From the NCBI GenBank assembly GCA_963930145.1, contig CAWVLM010000038.1, positions 1 to 54,836 on the forward strand: a stretch of DNA of 54,836 nucleotides, in the 5' to 3' direction. The stretch is from Clostridia bacterium. GTDB taxonomy: Bacteria > Bacillota > Clostridia > Christensenellales > UBA1242. Within the stretch, counting starts at the first letter, position 1. Every line of letters begins with the position of its first letter. Positions 37,525 to 43,817 of this stretch are shown here, piece after piece. The notes under the pieces are model-generated. The model saw only the letters and a list, made by a program, of their open reading frames with translations. It was not told the DNA's origin and ran no database searches. The translations under genes and the position numbers were made by a program.

Positions 37525-38035
37525 ATAAAGATAGTCGCCGTATGGCGACTATCGCGAGCGGCGAGCCAAATGCTCGGCGGCCGATAGGTTGAGTTAGAAA
37601 AATAAAACCTTTTCCGCTCTTTTGAAACAGACAAAATTAGATGTTATGTATGTACTATACGATAGAAAGTGGCTAAGCCACCAAACATCTAGTTTTCCGC
37701 GAGTGTGAGAAGGCACGTGTTGTTTTGCATTTTGCAGAACAACACAGAAGGCAAAAACTTTTGCCTTTAAAAAACATATAGTTTTTTGTGCCTTCTCATG
37801 CTTGAAGCTCGCTCGAAAATGTTGGCTACCTAGTTGTTAAGCACTTAAAAAGTGTGACATTTGTCACAGTTGAAAATTTTTTTAAAAATCTTTAATTTTG
37901 TGACGTCATCGTGCCGTCACCCTTGAGACAAAGGGGTTACGAAAGTGCTAGAATATGACTAAGATATGCAAAAAAGGTCGAATTTTGCATAAAACTATAG
38001 CGTTTAAACAAAATAAAGAAAAATCTAAAATTTAA
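37525..38035 (+). ncRNA. Candidate large structured RNA or highly structured 5' leader of the DUF6273-like gene
   Basis: About 510 nt with no credible ORF, packed with perfect hairpins and multi-branch junctions, and richer in GC than other intergenic DNA here. Strand is inferred from the promoter only. Confidence 0.4.
37706..37798. other. Four-way-junction 'cloverleaf' module B (93 nt)
   Basis: 11-bp outer stem TGAGAAGGCAC/GTGCCTTCTCA enclosing hairpins of 12, 8-9 and 7 bp. Confidence 0.7.
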
Positions 38036-38049
38036 AAGGAAGGTAAAAA

Positions 38050-39408
38050 ATGAGTCTTAAAATCAAACTTATGTCAGCAATTTCAGCATTTATCTTAGTG
38101 CTAAGCATGCTGCTCGTTGGAGTTTTGGCAGCAACGCAAACGATTAACCTTAAAGGAACAGTAAACTTTAATGTTTCAGATTCAACGTTATATCTAAAAG
38201 ATATGCGTATTCAAACTGAGAGTACAGGGCAAGATAGCACAGCTGATAATTTTATGCCAGGCTTTATTAGTGGAGAAATAGATATAAATTTAGGCACAAT
38301 TTCTTCATCAAGTGGCTCAGTCAATATATACTTTGACTTTGTAAATACCACTTCAACAATGTATCAAGCTTCGCCAACAGGCGGCAGCGGAGTAACCTTA
38401 TCAACAAGTGGAATGATAGCGGGCTCTCAAGTTGCAATTGGAGACGTTACAACAGCAGATATCTCAGGCACAATAATTTTAACAATACAATTCACTGGCT
38501 CAAGCAGCGTTGATTTAGATGGAATATCAATCTCGTTTAATGAATATTCGCCATACGAGAGAGTAGATGCAGATGACAATCCAGATCCAAATGGAGATTA
38601 TCTATACTTTGGATATTACCCGCAAACAATAAAGACAGCAGATGTTACAGTTGGCTCAGCTCCAGAATCAAATGGCTATTATTTAGGTAGTGACGGAGAA
38701 TATTATGCAAAAGTCTCAGCAAACCCTTTTGACAGTAATTATACCTTTTCAGATGGCACTACAATAGTTTCAGGCACAGAATATTATTTTAAAGTTGAAC
38801 CTTTAAGATGGCGTATTTTAGATGATGCCTATGGTGATGGAACAGCACTTATTGTATGTGATTCAATAATAAATGCAATGTCATTCCAATCACAAGTTAA
38901 GAATAATGAAGATGATGGATATAACTACGTCATAGATGATTCAGGTGAATATATATTAGATAAAGATGGAAATAAAGTTTACGCAAATAACTATGAGTAT
39001 AGCGAAATTAGAGCGTATTTAAACAATGATTTCTATAACAGTGCGTTTAGTAATGGAGAACAAACAATCATTGTTACAACCGAAGTTGATAATAGTTTAG
39101 AATCAGCTGGCGTTATGAGTGATCAAAAATACATTTGCAATAACACTTATGATAAAGCATTTTTATTGAGCTATGCAGACATTGAAAATTATGGGTTGCA
39201 TCCCCAACTCTCAGGAACATTTGATTTTATAACAAGTGATTATAGTCGTGCTTCAGGCATAATTATGGAAGTGAGATACCAACCATTAGGCGTAGGGCGT
39301 TCATACACACGTTCACCTTTTGGTTATGAATACGGAGGAAATTATGGATTAGATGTGATTTCCGTATCAGGGGGGCTACTGGGAATTCTTCAGCAAATTC
39401 CAACTTAA
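38050..39408 (+). CDS. Secreted DUF6273-like protein (W-L-R-S-P type module), C-terminus probably frameshifted at a G6 tract
   Basis: AAGGAAGG RBS. Signal peptide MSLKIKLMSAISAFILVLSMLLVGVLAA. LRWRILD ... YTRSP module. The expected family tail is in the adjacent frame (see finding). Confidence 0.8.
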   Translation: MSLKIKLMSAISAFILVLSMLLVGVLAATQTINLKGTVNFNVSDSTLYLKDMRIQTESTGQDSTADNFMPGFISGEIDINLGTISSSSGSVNIYFDFVNTTSTMYQASPTGGSGVTLSTSGMIAGSQVAIGDVTTADISGTIILTIQFTGSSSVDLDGISISFNEYSPYERVDADDNPDPNGDYLYFGYYPQTIKTADVTVGSAPESNGYYLGSDGEYYAKVSANPFDSNYTFSDGTTIVSGTEYYFKVEPLRWRILDDAYGDGTALIVCDSIINAMSFQSQVKNNEDDGYNYVIDDSGEYILDKDGNKVYANNYEYSEIRAYLNNDFYNSAFSNGEQTIIVTTEVDNSLESAGVMSDQKYICNNTYDKAFLLSYADIENYGLHPQLSGTFDFITSDYSRASGIIMEVRYQPLGVGRSYTRSPFGYEYGGNYGLDVISVSGGLLGILQQIPT

Positions 39409-39461
39409 CTGGTCTTCTTCCCGCCATGCAAATTCAACTATAAAAAATTATCAACACACAC

Positions 39462-39499
39462 AAAAAAACTTTTATGTAGAAATTCATAAAAGTTTTTTT
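39462..39499. terminator. Bidirectional terminator
   Basis: AAAAAAACTTTTATG-TAGAAATT-CATAAAAGTTTTTTT. Confidence 0.65.
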
Positions 39500-39571
39500 A
39501 ATTAAAATATAATTTTTTTTAAATTTACTTATTATCTGAATAAAAAATATTTTTATTTTTTATATTTTATC

Positions 39572-40771
39572 TTAATAATTTTCTGCACACACTTCAAAGA
39601 AGCTTTGTGGGTGGTTGCAAGCAGGGCAAATTTCAGGTGCTTTTGTTCCAACAACGATATGTCCGCAATTTCTGCATTCCCAGATTTTTACTTCAGACTT
39701 TTCAAACACTTGTTTAAGCTCAACATTTCTAAGCAGTGCGCGATATCTCTCTTCATGGTGCTTTTCAATAGCTGCAACAAGGCGGAATTTTGCAGCAAGT
39801 TCAGGAAAGCCTTCCTTTTCAGCAGTCTTTGCAAAACCGTCATACATATCAGTCCATTCAAAGTTTTCACCTTCAGCTGCAGCTTCAAGGTTCTGGGCTG
39901 TGTCACCAATTCCGTTGAGTTCTTTAAACCACATTTTAGCGTGTTCTCTTTCATTCTCGGCGGTCTTTAAGAAGAGTGCAGCGATTTGCTCATAGCCTTC
40001 TTTCTTTGCAACAGAAGAGAAGAATGTGTATTTGTTTCTTGCTTGGCTTTCACCAGCAAAAGCAGTTTGAAGATTCTTTTCTGTCTCAGTTCCTGCGTAT
40101 TTATTTGTCTTTTTCTCTTCAAGAAGTTCTAAGTTGTCACCAGTTGCTTTGCACACAGGGCAAACAGGCTCTTTTCCATCTTCAACTTCAAAAATTTCTC
40201 CACATATTTTACATCTGTATTTTTTCATATTTTTCTCCTTTTTATTTAAATTTATATTTTCTTCTGTGTTTTCTTCATTGCATGGCAATTTTTCTAATAT
40301 TTTTTTAGCTTCCTCAACAGGGAACTCACTAGTAGGTGGATTTTCTATCATGCTTTCTAAAAACTCATGTGCATTTTTGCTTTGTGGCAGCATATATCCA
40401 GCTTCGCGCACAAGGTCTTCAGCCATAAATCTATTTGATTTTTCAATGGCTTTCATAAGCCTATAAAGGTTGTCGTTTTCAGTGTTTTCCGCTATTTGCT
40501 TTGCCATATTTTCCACTTTAACTTTGTTTTTCATAAGGCTATTAAGTGAATTTATAACACTTTCGTCCTTTTTCTGTTGTGGGGGAAGTTCAAGCGGCAG
40601 CATGGAAATTGCCTTGCTAGGGCAGGCTTTAGCACAAACCCCACAGCCAACGCACTTTTCTACGTCTATCACACTATTTTCAGTATCGGTCGCACCATAC
40701 GGACAAACATACAAACAAAGGCAGTCTTTGGTGCAAAGTCGCAAATTTCTAACAGCTACAAATTTTTTCAT
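39572..40771 (-). CDS. Single ORF: 4Fe-4S ferredoxin domain + helical linker + rubredoxin-like knuckle + rubrerythrin (di-iron) + C-terminal rubredoxin
   Basis: [12 protein letters not shown] and [12 protein letters not shown] clusters at the N-terminus. YRCKICG...CPVCKA. ExxH di-iron motifs ([16 protein letters not shown]). WECRNCGH...CPACNHP. A strong internal RBS and ATG at 40228 would give a stand-alone 218-aa rubrerythrin. Confidence 0.8.
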   Translation of the reverse strand: MKKFVAVRNLRLCTKDCLCLYVCPYGATDTENSVIDVEKCVGCGVCAKACPSKAISMLPLELPPQQKKDESVINSLNSLMKNKVKVENMAKQIAENTENDNLYRLMKAIEKSNRFMAEDLVREAGYMLPQSKNAHEFLESMIENPPTSEFPVEEAKKILEKLPCNEENTEENINLNKKEKNMKKYRCKICGEIFEVEDGKEPVCPVCKATGDNLELLEEKKTNKYAGTETEKNLQTAFAGESQARNKYTFFSSVAKKEGYEQIAALFLKTAENEREHAKMWFKELNGIGDTAQNLEAAAEGENFEWTDMYDGFAKTAEKEGFPELAAKFRLVAAIEKHHEERYRALLRNVELKQVFEKSEVKIWECRNCGHIVVGTKAPEICPACNHPQSFFEVCAENY

Positions 40772-40773
40772 TT

Positions 40774-41424
40774 TTAAACTCTCCCTTTAATTTGTTCAAA
40801 TTTAAAATTCGGAACCTTGCAAACAGGGCAAATCTCAGGCAGCTTATCGCCTATATAGACAAAGCCGCATATTGTGCAAACCCAAATGCTTGTGTTCTCT
40901 AAAATTTTGTCGCCGTCTTTTTGATAGCGGTCAAGAATATTTTTAAGCATATTTGTCACTTTTTCGCTCCATACCTTAGCCCTAAGTGCTCCGCGGTCGC
41001 CTGCATCTTTTGCCTTTTCATCTGCATTTTTAAAACCATAGTCAAGGTCTTCATTGATAAGCTTTGTGATATTTTCAACGTTTGCATTTTGTTCAGCTGG
41101 GGTGATTGAAGAAAAATAATTGGCTAGTGTGTTGAAAAGCTGCATTTCTTCAAATTTATATTGTTTTTCGCAGCCTCTTGCAAGATTTGAGCATAGCGAA
41201 GACATCTCTGCCACAGATAATTTTTGCATATCGTCAAGTTTTTCATCAATATCAAACTTTTCTGCCATATCGTTTGCAGAGTCTTTATTTTCCTCAAGCA
41301 GTTCAAAAAGTGATTTAGGCGCACCGCATACAGGGCAAACCCAAGTCTCAGGCAGTTTATCAAACGGCACTTTTTCTTTGCTGTCGTCGTAGATAAATCC
41401 ACAAATTTTGCAAATATATTTCAT
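40774..41424 (-). CDS. Rubredoxin-domain protein: canonical N-terminal rubredoxin, helical middle, C-terminal rubredoxin-like knuckle
   Basis: [12 protein letters not shown]...[10 protein letters not shown] at the N-terminus and [10 protein letters not shown]...CPVCKVP at the C-terminus. Confidence 0.75.
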   Translation of the reverse strand: MKYICKICGFIYDDSKEKVPFDKLPETWVCPVCGAPKSLFELLEENKDSANDMAEKFDIDEKLDDMQKLSVAEMSSLCSNLARGCEKQYKFEEMQLFNTLANYFSSITPAEQNANVENITKLINEDLDYGFKNADEKAKDAGDRGALRAKVWSEKVTNMLKNILDRYQKDGDKILENTSIWVCTICGFVYIGDKLPEICPVCKVPNFKFEQIKGRV

Positions 41425-41586
41425 ATAACCTCACTTTTTTTAAGTTGTTGTAATATTTATATCATAAAAAATTTTATTCCACAAACAAAAAATCGCAAAT
41501 TTTTGACAATTAAAATTTGATTATTGATTTTTTATTTTAAATTTTATAAAAATAGTATTAAAATTCATTTAATAGGAGCAAAAATT

Positions 41587-42444
41587 ATGAAAGGAATTAT
41601 TTTAACTGCAGGAAATGCAACACGACTTAGACCAATAACAGATTGCTATGGCAAGGTGCTTGTGCCAATTTATGATAAGCCAATGATAGACTACGGCGTA
41701 TCTTTACTTCTCGGAGCGGGGATAGATGAAATTGCAATAGTATGCAATAAAAAAGATTATAAAACTTTTAAAGGGTTATTTGACAAAAGTATCTATAAAG
41801 GAAAAATCAAACTTTTTATTCAAAAAAAGGCACTTGGCACGGCACATGCAATAAAATATGCAAAAAAATTTATAAAAGAAGATGATTTTACATTGCTTTT
41901 TGGCGACAATATCTTTGTTATGAAAGACATGGGCAATTTATTGAAGAATGCCATAAGCGAAAATCATGGTATGACTTTGTTTGCAAAACAAGTTGATCAC
42001 CCACAGCGTTTTGGCGTTGTGGAGTTTGACAAGAATTATAAAATCATAGGCATAGAAGAAAAGCCAGCACAGCCTAAAACCAATTATGCAGCGGTCGGGC
42101 TATATATTTGTGAAAACGCGGCAATGCAGGCGATTGAAACCTTGCAGTTGTCGCCACGCGGCGAATATGAATTTACCGATGTTATTCAAAACTATGTGAA
42201 AGATGGCAAAGCCAAAGTATGCGTGCTCCCAGACGAGTGCAAATATCTAGACACAGGCACTTTTGATTCTTTGCTTGAGTGTTCTATTGATGTTAAAGAG
42301 TTTGAAAAGAAGAATGGACTTCTTGGCTGTGTAGAGCTTGAGCTATACAAACTTAACAAAATCACAAAGCAAGATTTTAAAAATGTAATTTCTCATTACG
42401 CAAAAGATTATAGAGAAAGGATTGAGAAAAGTATTACAAAATAA
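41587..42444 (+). CDS. Sugar-phosphate nucleotidyltransferase (RmlA/GlmU-N-like)
   Basis: MKGIILTAGNATRLRPIT (G-x-G-T-R-L-like), LFGDNIF, EKP motif (IEEKPAQPK). The ATG at 41587 has an AGGAG RBS. Confidence 0.8.
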   Translation: MKGIILTAGNATRLRPITDCYGKVLVPIYDKPMIDYGVSLLLGAGIDEIAIVCNKKDYKTFKGLFDKSIYKGKIKLFIQKKALGTAHAIKYAKKFIKEDDFTLLFGDNIFVMKDMGNLLKNAISENHGMTLFAKQVDHPQRFGVVEFDKNYKIIGIEEKPAQPKTNYAAVGLYICENAAMQAIETLQLSPRGEYEFTDVIQNYVKDGKAKVCVLPDECKYLDTGTFDSLLECSIDVKEFEKKNGLLGCVELELYKLNKITKQDFKNVISHYAKDYRERIEKSITK

Positions 42445-42723
42445 AATATGACAAAGCGATAAAATTCAATAATTTTCAAAAAATATAAAAAATTTTAAAA
42501 AACATAACAAAAATAATATATATAGTAAAAATGCATCACAAGCTTTGCCCTGAATTATTTAAGACTATCTTTTTTCAGTATTTGCTTCAAAGTAAGGTGC
42601 ATTTTTATGACAAGAAATATAAAAAGCAATTATAGATGGTATCCGCAAGAATTATATGGTGATTTATACCCTAGATTTGACTAAACTTTTGGCTAAACTT
42701 TTGAAACAAAATAAGACACAAAC

Positions 42724-42760
42724 AAAAAAGCAAGCACTATATATAGGTATAGACGCTTGC
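42724..42760 (-). terminator. Terminator of the tRNA-Arg transcription unit
   Basis: Minus strand: GCAAGCG...(internal TATAG/CTATA)...GCTTGC followed by TTTTTTG. Confidence 0.5.
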
Positions 42761-42773
42761 CATGCATACTATA

Positions 42774-42895
42774 TGGTGCGTCGCAAGGGGTCGACGCGTT
42801 AAGAAAACTTGGCGGTGTCCAAGTTTTTAGCAAAAGACGGGTGAAATTAACTTTCACCCCGCCGGAACGGGCGAACCTTGGTTCGAATCCCTTAA
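42774..42895 (-). other. Unassigned ~120-nt structured element ending in a tRNA-Arg-derived acceptor mini-helix + ACCA
   Basis: Minus strand carries hairpins CGAACC/GGTTCG, GGGTGAAA/TTTCACCC and AAAACTTGG/CCAAGTTTT, then GCGTCG-ACCCCTTG-CGACGC-ACCA. It lies between tRNA-Arg and the terminator. Confidence 0.45.
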
Positions 42896-42920
42896 AAAAG
42901 ATTACAAGACGTAGTCATGG

Positions 42921-42997
42921 TGGTGCGTCGCAAGGGATTCGAACCCCTGACCTTTCGTTCCGTAGACGAACGCTCTATCCAGCTGAGCTAGCGACGC
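42921..42997 (-). tRNA. tRNA-Arg (anticodon ACG), CCA encoded
   Basis: Reverse complement GCGTCGC-TA-GCTC-AGCTGGATA-GAGC-G-TTCGT-CTACGGA-ACGAA-AGGTC-AGGGG-TTCGAAT-CCCTT-GCGACGC-A-CCA folds as a canonical cloverleaf. Confidence 0.95.
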
Positions 42998-43033
42998 AAA
43001 TTTATCTATGTGCCAAAATCACATTACTGCAGT

Positions 43034-43062
43034 ATTATATCATAAATTTTAAAAATTTGCAA
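43034..43062 (-). promoter_or_regulatory. Promoter of the tRNA-Arg unit
   Basis: Minus strand: TTGCAA (43057-43062), 17-nt spacer, TATAAT (43034-43039). Confidence 0.6.
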
Positions 43063-43143
43063 TAAATTTTTGCAAGAATAAATATTTTCTTATATAAGTT
43101 TGTTAAGCCAGGGTAAATTTGTTATAATTAAAAAGGTGAAAAA

Positions 43144-43734
43144 ATGTTAGACTACGAAAGAAAATATGCTGACAAGTTAATCGCAGGAATAGATGAAGCG
43201 GGGCGTGGACCGCTTGCGGGACCAGTTGTTTGTGCTTGCGTTATAATGCCGCTAGATGACGATAAAATTATAGAAGGAATAAATGATAGCAAAAAACTCA
43301 GTGAGAAAAAACGTGAGGCGCTTTATGATAAGGTAGTGAACACTGCTTTAGCTTATTCTATCATTGAAATTGACGAAAAAACTATAGATAGTATAAATAT
43401 TTTAAACGCTACAAAACTAGGCATGAAAAAGTCGCTTGAAAGTTTACTAGTAGCACCTGATATTGTTTTGATAGACGCAGTAAGAATTGACACCATAACG
43501 CCGCAGGATAATATCATACATGGTGACGCACTTAGTTATAACATTGCCGCAGCATCAATTCTAGCAAAAGTGCATAGAGATAGGCTTATGAAAAAGTTAT
43601 CTTTAAAATATCCTGAATATAATTTTGCAAAGCATAAAGGCTATGGCACAAAAGAGCATATAGAAGCATTAAAAAAATTCGGCAAGTGCGAAATTCATCG
43701 CGAGAGCTTTATAAAAAATTTTATTGAAAAATAA
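43144..43734 (+). CDS. rnhB: Ribonuclease HII
   Basis: GIDEAGRGPLAGPVV, NDSKKLS, and the HGDA...AASILAK pattern of RNase HII. Confidence 0.92.
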   Translation: MLDYERKYADKLIAGIDEAGRGPLAGPVVCACVIMPLDDDKIIEGINDSKKLSEKKREALYDKVVNTALAYSIIEIDEKTIDSINILNATKLGMKKSLESLLVAPDIVLIDAVRIDTITPQDNIIHGDALSYNIAAASILAKVHRDRLMKKLSLKYPEYNFAKHKGYGTKEHIEALKKFGKCEIHRESFIKNFIEK

Positions 43735-43817
43735 ATAAAAATAATTTTTGCTTTTATATTGAAATATTTATTTTTTTTGTTAAAATATATATGTAGTAAT
43801 TTTAATAGGAAGAAAAC

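Noticed and set aside
37449-37634. 61-aa minus-strand ORF inside the structured non-coding region
   Set aside because: No RBS. It spans the promoter and G8 tract and the GC-rich hairpins. Its translation is dominated by hairpin-derived sequence.
37955-38035. 26-aa Lys-rich upstream ORF (MTKICKKGRILHKTIAFKQNKEKSKI) just before the DUF6273-like gene
   Set aside because: No convincing Shine-Dalgarno sequence. The composition is what A-rich DNA yields by chance, and it overlaps the 37965-37991 hairpin. It could be a leader peptide, but the sequence alone does not support this.
37319-38049. Retron msr/msd, riboswitch (SAM-I-like four-way junction) or group I/II intron fragment
   Set aside because: No reverse transcriptase or intron ORF nearby. 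The stems are perfect, without the internal loops, K-turn or conserved unpaired nucleotides that riboswitches need. The downstream gene is not a metabolic gene.
39605-40790. Cluster of 60-126-aa ORFs on the plus strand (39605, 39615, 39976, 40134, 40470, 40577) and 39688-39954 on the minus strand
   Set aside because: All overlap the well-supported rubrerythrin fusion gene in other frames or antisense. S/F/L-rich shadow translations.
42774-42997. Integrated mobile element bounded by the duplicated tRNA-Arg 3' end
   Set aside because: Only 131 bp lie between the repeats, and no integrase, excisionase or phage genes occur anywhere in the window. At most a scar. Kept as a finding for the structured RNA aspect.
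42757-43065. 102-aa plus-strand ORF
   Set aside because: It is the antisense read-through of tRNA-Arg and the adjacent structured element. No RBS.
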